A DNA stretch of 64,000 bases from Macrostomum lignano. Its lineage: Eukaryota. Position numbers and translations under genes: made by a program. Positions 12,518-22,726 of this stretch are shown piece after piece. Positions within the stretch are counted from its first letter, which is position 1; each line of letters opens with the position of its first letter. Below the pieces are notes generated by a model that saw nothing but the letters and a program-made list of their open reading frames with translations, was not told the origin of the DNA and searched no databases. Where the stretch lies: positions 62,001 to 126,000 of the forward strand of contig NIVC01002238.1 of NCBI GenBank assembly GCA_002269645.1, given 5' to 3'.

Positions 12518-12813
12518 GGGGTTGTAACCTAGTACATGTATGGTTTGAGCGTCAGACATCTACTGAACGTCGGGAGTTCGCCCTCGGAACAATTTGTGTT
12601 CAAGCTTAGGGCAAGACACTTAGATGTACGGAGCTGCATAATTGCTTCAGTAAGTTCACCCAGCTGTAAAATGGGTACCAGCGCGCATTACCTGGGGTAA
12701 TTAAGGGTGTGTGTGGTGACCCCAGTCCTTGGACTGAGCAGCCTTTGGCAGCCTTCAGATGTGCAGCGCAATTAGCAGCTGCGGCTAAGCTGTCGGTTGC
12801 TCATCTGCCCATT
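12518..12813 (+). mobile_element. tRNA-derived SINE, copy 1 (diverged)
   Basis: A/B-box-like head (CCTAGT...TGGTTTGAGCG...GAGTTCG), central GGGCAAGACACTT...CACCCAGCTGTAAAATGGGTACCAG, and a 3' part colinear with the inverted copies at 28563 and 40074. Confidence 0.8.
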
Positions 12814-13045
12814 TCATTTAGAGCAGGTGTAATGAATTAATAGTTAGTATTACCCATTACTGTTATTATTGTTTTTTTTTCTGAACGAAAAGCCTATTCG
12901 TTCAGAAATATATAATATATTTATTTAAGACAAAATTAAGACAATTTAGACAACGACAAGCACGCTGGTGGCAATGGCCTCGGCTGACAAGAAGCCGGAC
13001 CCGGCGAGCGGCGATGTGGAGTATATATATATATATCAACAGGGC

Positions 13046-13589
13046 GGGAGCACGAGATTTTCCCGCACGAATTTTCCCCGCACAGACTTTTTCCAGCTGA
13101 AAGATTTTCCCGCAAGAAATTGATCGTGATTGCCTGTTTACCTGAAGAAAGAAATTATAAAAAGGAAAGCTATTCACAGAGACACGATTTTCTTTGATAA
13201 ATTTGACACAGGCAGCCAGGCAGACAGGCAGGCAGACAGGCAGACAGACAGACAGACAGACAGACAGGTAGGAAGGTAGGAAGGTAAACAGGCAATCACG
13301 AGAAATTTCTTGCGGGAAAATCTTTCAGCTGGAAAAAGTCTGTGCGGGGAAAATTCGTGTGGGAAAATCTCGGCGGTAAAAGCTCGGCAGGAAAATCTCG
13401 ACGGGGAAATTTCCTGCGGGAAACTCTCGCTGTGGTAAAAACTCGCTGCGGGAGAATCTCGTGCGGGGAAAGCTCCTGCGGCAAATTTTCGTCGCGGGAA
13501 AAACTCGCTGCGGGAAAATCTCGTGCGGGAAAAACTCGTGCGGGGAAAGCTCGGCGGGAAAAATTCCTGCGGGAAATTCTCATAGACCC
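13046..13589. mobile_element. Foldback/MULE-like non-autonomous element A (544 bp)
   Basis: Termini GGGAGCACGAGA...TCTCATAGACCC; 9-bp direct repeat CAACAGGGC on both sides (13037-13045 and 13590-13598); near-perfect 91-bp inverted arms (13053-13143 vs 13282-13372) built from GCGGGAAAA subrepeats; (CAGR)n microsatellite in the spacer. Confidence 0.85.
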
Positions 13590-15128
13590 CAACAGGGCTA
13601 TAGAGCTATAAGAATGGCAAGACACCTAAGGATGAACATTGGGCCTTAATTCTATCAAAACCAATAACAAATTTTGTGTTGAAAAATGAAAGTCTCCAAT
13701 CTCTGTAATTTATTTTTTCCACGAAGCGTAGTTTTCCGTCATACTTGAGTTGTCCTTGAGTGTCTGTGGACCTTGCGGAATTATAGTTACATATAGCTAC
13801 TTCGCAGTTTAAGTAATCTGTATGGTTTTAGCAAGAGGACAACTAATTACCTGCATAAGTCATTAAATTAGCACCACCAATGTACTGTGATGTGATTGTG
13901 ATCTTTGCGTTTACTAAAAAATTATATAAACTAATATAATTTACTTAAAATAGATAGAATTTCGTAGAATGAAATATTTTGTTTTTCTATTGCCTTTATT
14001 CATGTAATGACTTCAACTTTACGAAATATGCTACTACGAGTTCATGTATTTGTTTTACTGGTCAGAAAATTTAAATTTTTAAAACATTTTTTTTTCTCGC
14101 GCGCGCGCGTGACGCGTGACGCTCCTGGCGCATTAAATTGAAGTGACTTGACTTGGGGGACACGGACACCTTGCCCTTGTGTACCGTAGATGCCTTATTG
14201 ATTACGTTTTTTATCGATTTTTTAATTACCATTATTAAGTCAGTCGGCGCTAGGCCGAACTGTTCTGTCCCGAACTGATATATAAATATTATTAATAGGT
14301 AGGCCTATTAATTATATATATAATATAATTAAATTATATTATTATTCTGTTATGTATTTTATATTATTATGTATTAATATATAATTAATATAATATATAT
14401 ATAATAATATAATAACATGATATATTAAGCAAAAGAGGTTAAAGTTAGGCTAATTATTTTAAATGTCTATTAACCAAATGGCAAAATGTCAAATTGTTCT
14501 TTTTTAAAAACAGTTCATAGAAACAACATATATACTGATATAAAAATAGTATGTAAATAATGCACAAGTAGCATATTATTTGTCTATAAATCAAAAGCTT
14601 AGTATTTGTAACCTTAGGGCCTAGCCGCCTAGTATAGCAATTCTAGTAAGGAACAATGGATATTGCCTTTTTAATACTTTAAATATATTTTCTTTCTAAA
14701 TATAGTTATTAAACCTTAATTAGGTAATAAAATTTGTAAACCAATACTAGGTTATAAATCAATGAATCAAATAATTTATTATATATTGCTAGGCATTATA
14801 TTAATATTCTCATTGATAGTTATACTAAATAAATAAAAGCAGTATAAAGCAAAAATAAAGCTATATAAAATATGCCCTATATATGACTATATTCCCTAAT
14901 TTAAATGATTCAATTTCAAATCTAGACATATCTGGTAATATAGAAAGTTTTTAGATTTTTCAATTCTTATTATTTTCAAGACAGAGTTTCATGTATAATC
15001 CTATATACTAAAAATGAAAATCTTGTATGTTTGTTTGTTTGTTTGTACGAAATCGATTAGAGAAAAAATATATTGCTATTTATTTATTAGAAAACATTCC
15101 TAGTTACAATAATAGCCTGCCAGACTTA

Positions 15129-15782
15129 TGAGGCAGTGCTTATAATTACTCATTTTTCTAATAAGTCAAGTTCGTGCGAAACGCTAACAATTAGAAACAT
15201 TTTGTTATACTGTACGAATAAATCGGCGAATTATTTTTTTGTTTAAATGCGCGGAAAAAATTTTGCTATATATACAAGCGATTTTGCCTCAAATATACCC
15301 AACCCGTTTTAAGAGCGAAACGCCTCTAATAGTGGTTCAAATATAAATACTCAGAATTCAAAATTGTCAGTTATTTCAAAGCTTGGTTTGAGAACGAGTA
15401 TACAAAAGAAATTGTAGGCAGAGAGAATTAAGAGACTATTCAAAGATATACTAAGAGAGGCGCCGTGACCCTCTAGTCTCGGAAAACGCCCGATTGGGAC
15501 TATTCACTAATACATATACTAGTACTAGACCGCTCAGGCCATAAGCTACCAGAACGCTACCCAGAAATATTTAAATGAATTTCTAAGAAATAGTTAGGGA
15601 GTAAAGACAAGTATAATCAGGATAACGGTAGGAGTAACACTTGTTACAACTTGGTGACAGCTTGTAGGATATTTAATAAACACTAATAATTAGAAGTTTA
15701 GAAAGACAGAGCCAGAAGGCCTGTCACAGCTGGTGCAAGCAGTGAGATTGTTCATAAAGACAGGGGAATAACACCTGTCACA
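15129..15782 (+). repeat. 5' LTR (654 bp)
   Basis: Starts TGAGGCAG and ends CTGTCACA; matches the 3' LTR except about 4 substitutions seen by eye and a 22-bp indel. Confidence 0.95.
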
Positions 15783-15784
15783 GC

Positions 15785-15803
15785 TGGTGGCAGCGGTGGG
15801 ATT
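15785..15803 (+). other. Primer-binding site complementary to the tRNA-Leu 3' end
   Basis: TGGTGGCAGCGGTGGGATT is the reverse complement of AATCCCACCGCTGCCACCA, the 3' end of metazoan tRNA-Leu(AAG/TAG) plus CCA; it lies 2 nt after the LTR. Confidence 0.85.
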
Positions 15804-15955
15804 AGAGAAACGGCGCAAACTCTTAAAGCTAGATTACAGAAGAATTTCGAAGAATAATTTGAAAAGTTTTTCAAGAGAAGATAAATCAGAATCAGGCTAA
15901 TGACGCCATCGCCATGCTGGCAGAAGAATTGCGAAACTGACTAGAGATAGGGCCG

Positions 15956-16885
15956 ATGAGACATGTTAAGATTCAGAAATTCACACCTACGCAAGACATT
16001 CGGATCTGGCTAACAGCCTTCGATCAGCGCTGTGAAGTAGAAGGGATAGATGAGGAACATAGGAAGCAGGAATTGCTAGCTAATCTGGACTTGTCCACTG
16101 CATTCGCAGCGGTACAGCGCCTAAATCTGCCCGAGGATCTCAAATACGAAGAGTTCAAAGAGCGACTGATTGAGCGATTCGGAAGAATCGGTAGTTCCGC
16201 AGAGTTCAGAGAGGAGTTTCGTGGAAGAATGCAAGGCAGAAATGAGCCTGTAGAGACTTTCGCAGATTGTTTGATCGAGCTGGCATCGCGTGCATTTCCG
16301 AATATGACGGTTGAGCAAAGGGAAGAAGAAATTGTTGAGCAATTCATCAAGGGAATCAGAATTCCGTCAGAGACCCGTGAGAAGCTAATCTTTGCGCAGC
16401 CAGGCAATTTACAAGAGGCTAGAAGAATGCTAAGAAGGATGGAGGCTGCGTGGAACATGTCTCACAAGAATGTCAACATGAGAATGGCCAAAGGCAAAGG
16501 CGAGAGTGAGCAGAAGGCAGAGCAGGAGAAGCTTGAGGACATAATCAAGAAGCAGAGAGCAGAGCTAGAGCAACAGAAGAAGGCGATTGACGAGTTGATG
16601 GAAGAGAAAAGAGCCAGCCGTCAGCAGTACCATCCGCAGAACCAATATCAAACCTATGCTCAGATCGCCGGACAGCCGCAGCAGCCAAGATATCGGCCGC
16701 AGCAGCAGCATCAGCAGCAGCCAGTAGGGCGCGGTCAGCCTCAGTTCAACAGGCAGCCACAGCAACAGCAGCAGCCTCGAGCCTGCTACAATTGCGGAAA
16801 GCTTGGCCACATGGCGAGGAATTGCCAGAGCGCTAGGCCAAACGGTCAGCGAGTGATGAACTACCAGAAGCAGCAGGGAAACTGA
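15956..16885 (+). CDS. gag: Retrotransposon Gag with CCHC zinc knuckle
   Basis: Capsid-like region (FRGRMQGRNEPVETFADCLIELASRAFP), coiled coil, Q-rich stretch, CYNCGKLGHMARNC. Confidence 0.93.
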   Translation: MRHVKIQKFTPTQDIRIWLTAFDQRCEVEGIDEEHRKQELLANLDLSTAFAAVQRLNLPEDLKYEEFKERLIERFGRIGSSAEFREEFRGRMQGRNEPVETFADCLIELASRAFPNMTVEQREEEIVEQFIKGIRIPSETREKLIFAQPGNLQEARRMLRRMEAAWNMSHKNVNMRMAKGKGESEQKAEQEKLEDIIKKQRAELEQQKKAIDELMEEKRASRQQYHPQNQYQTYAQIAGQPQQPRYRPQQQHQQQPVGRGQPQFNRQPQQQQQPRACYNCGKLGHMARNCQSARPNGQRVMNYQKQQGN

Positions 16886-19800
16886 GTAGCGAGGGCCGCT
16901 TTGCGAGGCCACGTCCCTCTAGCAACAATTATCGCGAATTTCAGGCCTCTGAATTTGTAAATAATGCGTATCGAAGTAATGCCAGACAGTATAGTAACAG
17001 CAGAACGCATGCCGAATTCAATAAATTTCACAGAAAACCAAATAAAAATTTTGCACCTCGTGTACATACGTCGCTTGCACCTAGTCATGCGTCTGCCAGC
17101 CACAGTAGGCCGAATAATAAAGTACAAAGTACGGTAGTTCCGAATGAGCATTCGAAGAGAGAATTCGAAGAAGATACGGAGAGAAAGGGACGAGAAGCAG
17201 TCGTCAGTGGAATGCTAAGAAACCGAAAGGTCTACTTCCTGTTAGACACAGGAGCTGGACATAATTTCCTAAGCAAGAGTACGTGGAAGAAGATGTTCAG
17301 AAGTGATGAGATTGAGTTGACTACTCGAAGAGTGACTACGTTTGATGGATCAAGTGTGCGAATTGAAGGAGAAGTCAGAACGAAAATACGATTCGGAGAG
17401 ATAGAGATTGAGACAGAGTTTCTGCTGTGCAATCACGAGTGTGACGACATACTCGGGATGGAGTTCTTCATGAACTTCTGCGACAGCATCAGCCTTTCCA
17501 GAGGAATGCTTGTATTAAAAGAAGGGACCTGCATCCCAATTCAGTTTACAAAATTACCCGTACGGGTCTGCCGAATCTACAGCCATAACAGCGTGACTAT
17601 ACCAGCAAATAGCGCTCTTCGAATTCCAATTAGAATGACTAAAGGATCAGAAGCCAACTATGGAACGCCAATGGTCGTTGACACCATTGGAGGCCAAGTG
17701 ACTACGAAGAGAAATTCCTTAGAGATGATTCCTACTCTAGTGACCATGAACGATGGAACAGGAGTAGTGGAAATAATCAATCGACAGAATGACGATATCA
17801 GACTGACAAGATCTACGCTGATTGGAGTGGCCAAACCCTTGAAGCCAGGAGGCCTGGCCTACTCTATTAACAGCAAAGGTCAAGCCAGTTCAGATGATGC
17901 AATTAGGACAGTGAAGAGTGAAGAGAGTGAGTACAGCTGGATAAGCGAGATAGACTTAGGAGAAGAGCTAACATCAGAACAGAAAGGACTAGTGATCGAT
18001 TTGCTAAAGAAGAACAAAGAAGCATTTTCGCAGACCAACCAAGACATGGGTCTCACCCATCTTGTGACTCATGAAATATCTCTAAAAGATACCACACCGG
18101 TCAGGATTCCAACACGCAGAATTCCACCACATCTGCAAAAGCAAGTAGATGAGCAACTTGACGACATGCTTGCTAAGAACCTGATCCGACCGTGCTATAG
18201 TACTTATTCGACGCCGCTAGTGATAGTTCCTAAGAAGGATGGATCCATAAGAATCGTCAGTGACTTCAGGGTCCTGAACTCGAGAGTGAACTATTACCCA
18301 TATCCATTGCCGAACATACAAGAGACTTTCGCTCAGTTATCTGGAAGCAAGTACTTCAGTAGTCTAGATTTAAACTCTGGATACTGGCAGGTACCTATCA
18401 AAGAGGAGCACAAATTTATGACAGCCTTTTCCACCCTTACCAGAGGCCAGTTCGAATATCAGGTCATGGCACAGGGCTTGTCTAACGCTCCTGGTACATT
18501 CCAGAGACTCATGAATTTGGTGCTGATGGGAATACAGCACAAATTCGCAATGTCGTACATAGATGATATTGTGACATACTCAGAGAAATTCGAAGATCAC
18601 CTCGGTCATCTGCAAGAAGTATTCCAAAGACTAATCTCAGCAGGGCTAAAGTTAAGACCAAAAAAGTGCAACTTGTTTCAGAAAGAGCTAAAGTACTTAG
18701 GGCATATCGTAGGAAGAGAAGGGATTAGAACAGACCCAGCTAAGATCGAAGCGATACAGTCATGGCCTACGCCGAAAGAGGTCAAAGAACTGAGAAGCTT
18801 CTTGGGGTTGTGTAACTACTACTGCAGATTTGTAAAGAATTACGCAGAGGCAGCGCATCCGCTATTTCAATTAACTAAGAAAGGTATTCAAAACTTTAGG
18901 GAAAAGTGGACTAAGAAGCATGATGAGGCTTTCCAGCAGTTGAAGCAGAGAATGACATCGACCGAAGTACTCGCGTACCCAGAATTCTCAGAGAACGAAA
19001 ATGTTCGAATGGTGTTAGACACCGATGCGAGCGAAGACCGAATTGGTGCTTGCTTGGGTCAAATACAATCGGACGGGGTTGAAAGACCCATTGCTTACTT
19101 CAGCAGAGCAATGAAAGAGTCTGAGAAGAGATATCCGATTACCAGAAAGGAGCTATTAGCGCTAGTAGATGGCATGAAACACTTTCGATTTTACCTGATT
19201 GGCAAAAGGTTTCTGGCCCGCACAGACCACAAGGCAATTCTATGGCTGTTGCGCCAGACCGAAGCCCAAGGAATTCTCGGAAGGTGGATTGAAAGATTGA
19301 GTGAGTTTCAATACGATATTGAGCACCGCAGTGGAGCCAAACATTCCAACGCAGATGGATTGTCACGGCGACCCTCGGAACCACCAGTTGAACAGAAAGA
19401 TGCTAAGATCAAAGAGAATGAGGCCGAAATTCCTAAGATGACAATAGAAACCAGCGCTGTGAAACAAGTCGTGACTAGCAGCGTGAAAGATCAGAGTTGC
19501 CAGACCGACTTCACAGAAGAGTATGAATCAGATTCCGAAGACGAATTCGCAGATGATGAATACGAAGATGCCAGTGATCAGTTCGAAGATGATGATGACA
19601 TCTATGAAGATGCAAGAGACTATTTCGAAGAGGAAGAGACAGTGTGCAGGAAGCTTCTGACAGATTACCTCTCGGTTCCATTGAAGAAAGAGCAGCTGAC
19701 TTCAGCGCAGCATGCTGATCCTTCTATAAGAACCTTGATGGACTGGAAGCAGAAGAAAGTGCGTGAGCCGAAGTTGCCAGAAAATGCATCCGGAGAGTTG

Positions 19801-21378
19801 AAGAAGATGGTTAAGTTCTACGAGCAGATGAAAATCGAAGATGAAATGTTGACAGTCAGTGAAGACGGTAAACGAAAAGTAGTATTGCCAGAGAAGATTG
19901 AGAAAGATGTTTTCAAAGAGTTGCACGATAGTCCGCTAGCAGGCCACCTAGGTCGGGACAAGACGCTACAGCGGGTCCGAGACCGATTCTGGAGGCCAGG
20001 GTTAGTGACTGCAGTTGAAAAGTACATCGCAGAATGCATCCCGTGTCTGGAAAGTAAAAGCGGAAATAAAGTACGAGCACCGGTACAGACCTTTCCGATA
20101 TGTGAGCCATTCCATCGGCTGCACATAGATTTGATCGGTCCAATATCAAAGGAAAGCAGAAGAGGACACCGATATGTACTTACTGTCGTAGATAGTACAA
20201 CAAAGTTCCCATTCGCTTTTCCGGTTCGGAATCAGAAATCTGCTACTGTTATCAAAACGATACAAGAGAGAATTTTTAGTGAGTATGGCCAGTGCCAATG
20301 GATACACACTGATAATGGCAAGACTTTCGTAAGTCACCAATTTCAGGCATTCTGTACCCTATATGGCATTAAACATACTTGCACTACGCCTTACCATGCT
20401 CAGAGTAACGGGCTTGTCGAAAGATTTAACAAGCAAATTAAATCGATCGTAACCTGTTTGATTGAAAAGGATCATTCAGATTGGGATCTGCTCATACCCG
20501 CCGCTTTGGTAGCTGTGCGAACCAGTGTTAATCAAACTACTGGGTTCACACCACACTACTTACTATTTGGGAGAGAAGCAGATTTGCCAATAGATAGCAT
20601 TGTGAAAAGGCCAAGATTATACCGAGATTATCCTAGCTATGTGCTGGATCATGCGAAGAGAATCGAAGAGACAAAAGCAATTGTGCGAAGACAACTCGAA
20701 AAGGTGCGAGAGAAAAGGCAAGAGGACGAAGTTGAGAATCGTCAGCCTAAAAATGTGCCAGTTGGCTGTCTCGCTCTCATCAATAACCCTCAACTTCACC
20801 AAGAGGAGAGCCACAAGTTTCATCGAAAGAAGAGAGCAGCCTATCGAGTTCTTGCGAAGATATCAGACACAGTGTTCCGTGTGCAAAGAGAAATCAATGG
20901 CGAAAGGAGCGGAGAAAAACTATTAGTACATAGAAATAATCTGACTCCAGTGCCGAAATCCGAAATTGATTTACCAGAGGAAATAAATAATAATTTAGAA
21001 CCAGCAATAGTACAAACTAAGAAGAAGGAACAGCCAAAGTCGAAGAAAAGAATTTACCATAGACGAAAGGAAGTTAATAAAAACCCAGAAGTTCAAATTT
21101 TAGAGGAGGAAAGCTCAGACGAAGAAGACAGAATTCAATGGAGAGTATTCGCAGACCCGAATTCGCAGAGTGAAAACGAAGGAAATGAAGAATTGAATAC
21201 AGAGAGAGCGACTGACTCAGATGAGCCATCAGAAGAAGAAGGAGCATTAGAGTTAGAGGAGGAACGAGCTCAACCAGAGAATAGGTATAACCTTAGGATG
21301 ACTCAGCGAAGGAGAGAAAGAGAAGGCGCGACAGGATTTGTGCCCCGAAGGCGCTATGCGAGATATTTAGCACCTTAA
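16837..21378 (+). CDS. pol: Retrotransposon Pol (protease, RT, RNase H, integrase), probably made by -1 frameshift from gag
   Basis: The frame of ORF 17212 stays open back to 16837, overlapping the end of gag. Motifs: LLDTGA (protease); YIDD (RT); LDTDAS and TDHKAI (RNase H); LHDSPLAGH...CIPC, HIDLIG, HTDNG, GLVERFN (integrase). Confidence 0.95.
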   Translation, partial: AKRSASDELPEAAGKLSSEGRFARPRPSSNNYREFQASEFVNNAYRSNARQYSNSRTHAEFNKFHRKPNKNFAPRVHTSLAPSHASASHSRPNNKVQSTVVPNEHSKREFEEDTERKGREAVVSGMLRNRKVYFLLDTGAGHNFLSKSTWKKMFRSDEIELTTRRVTTFDGSSVRIEGEVRTKIRFGEIEIETEFLLCNHECDDILGMEFFMNFCDSISLSRGMLVLKEGTCIPIQFTKLPVRVCRIYSHNSVTIPANSALRIPIRMTKGSEANYGTPMVVDTIGGQVTTKRNSLEMIPTLVTMNDGTGVVEIINRQNDDIRLTRSTLIGVAKPLKPGGLAYSINSKGQASSDDAIRTVKSEESEYSWISEIDLGEELTSEQKGLVIDLLKKNKEAFSQTNQDMGLTHLVTHEISLKDTTPVRIPTRRIPPHLQKQVDEQLDDMLAKNLIRPCYSTYSTPLVIVPKKDGSIRIVSDFRVLNSRVNYYPYPLPNIQETFAQLSGSKYFSSLDLNSGYWQVPIKEEHKFMTAFSTLTRGQFEYQVMAQGLSNAPGTFQRLMNLVLMGIQHKFAMSYIDDIVTYSEKFEDHLGHLQEVFQRLISAGLKLRPKKCNLFQKELKYLGHIVGREGIRTDPAKIEAIQSWPTPKEVKELRSFLGLCNYYCRFVKNYAEAAHPLFQLTKKGIQNFREKWTKKHDEAFQQLKQRMTSTEVLAYPEFSENENVRMVLDTDASEDRIGACLGQIQSDGVERPIAYFSRAMKESEKRYPITRKELLALVDGMKHFRFYLIGKRFLARTDHKAILWLLRQTEAQGILGRWIERLSEFQYDIEHRSGAKHSNADGLSRRPSEPPVEQKDAKIKENEAEIPKMTIETSAVKQVVTSSVKDQSCQTDFTEEYESDSEDEFADDEYEDASDQFEDDDDIYEDARDYFEEEETVCRKLLTDYLSVPLKKEQLTSAQHADPSIRTLMDWKQKKVREPKLPENASGELKKMVKFYEQMKIEDEMLTVSEDGKRKVVLPEKIEKDVFKELHDSPLAGHLGRDKTLQRVRDRFWRPGLVTAVEKYIAECIPCLESKSGNKVRAPVQTFPICEPFHRLHIDLIGPISKESRRGHRYVLTVVDSTTKFPFAFPVRNQKSATVIKTIQERIFSEYGQCQWIHTDNGKTFVSHQFQAFCTLYGIKHTCTTPYHAQSNGLVERFNKQIKSIVTCLIEKDHSDWDLLIPAALVAVRTSVNQTTGFTPHYLLFGREADLPIDSIVKRPRLYRDYPSYVLDHAKRIEETKAIVRRQLEKVREKRQEDEVENRQPKNVPVGCLALINNPQLHQEESHKFHRKKRAAYRVLAKISDTVFRVQREINGERSGEKLLVHRNNLTPVPKSEIDLPEEINNNLEPAIVQTKKKEQPKSKKRIYHRRKEVNKNPEVQILEEESSDEEDRIQWRVFADPNSQSENEGNEELNTERATDSDEPSEEEGALELEEERAQPENRYNLRMTQRRREREGATGFVPRRRYARYLAP

Positions 21379-21625
21379 GCAGTGATGCAAGCAATTTCCC
21401 ATAAGAAACAGTGTTAAACAGTTAAATTTCCGTATTAGAATTACTTACCTGCTTATAAAATTTGACATGCTGTACATAGAGCGAATCTGTAAATACCATA
21501 TTAATCTACAAAATGCGATCTTTAATTGGATACTTTACTCAAGAAAATCTATCAAAAAATAAAAAAGTTATAAAAAGAAATAGAAAATCCATAAAAATTT
21601 AGTTGTCAAATCTGTCAAATCTGGC

Positions 21626-22726
21626 ATGCCCCGCCCCACGCGCGAGGGGAGTGTTTCGAAGAGGTCCAGTTTTTCGGCCCGCCAGCCTATAAATACAGGA
21701 CCCCTGCAGGCCCAAGAGAGCCCCATATTGTTCCAGTTCTCAGAGCACTCCTCAGACTTATACAAGACCTATACAAGACTATTATTATTAAGCATGGATG
21801 ATTCGATTGACATCCTTCAAGAGCTGCTTGGCGAGCCAGAAGTTCAGCAAATCCAGGAGGCTCCTCAAGTCCAAGCTCAGCAGGCTCCACAAGCTCGAGC
21901 CCCGCAAGTCCAAGTGCAGCGAGCCCAAGCTCAGCAGGCCCAAGCTCCGCAAGCCCAAGTGCAGCGAGCCCAGCGAGTCCAGCAGGAGACAAATGAAAAC
22001 GAGGCTCCGCTACGCAGTGCCACGAGACCAAAGGCGCTCAGCGGAGGTGCCACCAAAAGGCCGCCGCCGTCCTCGTCACCTTGCCGACAGCTCAAGGCTG
22101 AACCTGCGCATAAGAGGTCCGCACTGCTAGAAGCCCAGGCAGCAGCTCCTGTTCGGTCGTATGTCGTGAAGCCAGGCGAAGGTTCTGCAGCTAGAACACA
22201 ACAAATCACGACGCCGCCGCCTGCTCCACCGTCAGGATCGCGAAAATCGTCTCAGTCGCGCCAGCCGCAAAAGCCAGTCACCGAGCGCCTTGGCAAGACA
22301 CCGCCAACATCGTCAGGAGGACCATCAACTTCGCAGCAGGATGTCCCGCCGATTCCTAGACGGCAGCCTGAGGATTTTCGAGCCGTTGTACGAAGACTAA
22401 TTGCCACACGCGGCGATGAAGTCGAGAAGGTTCGACACCATATTGAGCAGTTCTCGCTCAAGGTTGTCAGTTTCCGACTTGATCAGCGCCAGCGGTTTCC
22501 GCAAAGCTCGCAGGTGTGGTCGTATTTGAAACAGCTGCGAGACCAGTTCAGCACTTCCGAGGCTGTGGCCATTCTACAGGATGTGGCCGACCGAATTCAC
22601 CGTGCGCTAAGAACCGTGAACCGGCCAACAGCGACCCCAGTTCTGGAGGAAGAGTTTCGATGGTTCTTTGCGCAGATCGGATGGCCGCCCTACCGAGATC
22701 TGCCCGCACCCTGCAGCTTTATGTAA
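21626..22726 (+). CDS. Retrotransposon ORF3 of unknown function (probable start ATG 21794, 310 aa)
   Basis: Uninterrupted ORF between pol and the 3' LTR, GC-richer than its flanks; Q/A/P/S-rich N-terminal part and an ordered, helical-looking C-terminal ~110 aa; no signal peptide or TM segment seen. Confidence 0.75.
   Translation: MPRPTREGSVSKRSSFSARQPINTGPLQAQESPILFQFSEHSSDLYKTYTRLLLLSMDDSIDILQELLGEPEVQQIQEAPQVQAQQAPQARAPQVQVQRAQAQQAQAPQAQVQRAQRVQQETNENEAPLRSATRPKALSGGATKRPPPSSSPCRQLKAEPAHKRSALLEAQAAAPVRSYVVKPGEGSAARTQQITTPPPAPPSGSRKSSQSRQPQKPVTERLGKTPPTSSGGPSTSQQDVPPIPRRQPEDFRAVVRRLIATRGDEVEKVRHHIEQFSLKVVSFRLDQRQRFPQSSQVWSYLKQLRDQFSTSEAVAILQDVADRIHRALRTVNRPTATPVLEEEFRWFFAQIGWPPYRDLPAPCSFM
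21688..21695 (+). promoter_or_regulatory. Candidate TATA box for the retrotransposon extra ORF
   Basis: TATAAATA lies about 100 nt upstream of in-frame ATG 21794 and after a GC-rich stretch; function is inferred. Confidence 0.4.

Noticed and set aside
13296-13649. ORFs within the foldback elements (also 50362-51283)
   Set aside because: Products of GC-rich subterminal repeat arrays with no transposase motifs.
14280-15128. Very AT-rich tract continuing after the LTR element (23758-24450), considered as a host element or organellar insert
   Set aside because: No termini, TSD or coding similarity could be supported.
21626-22726. env gene
   Set aside because: No signal peptide, furin site with fusion peptide, or TM anchor is visible.
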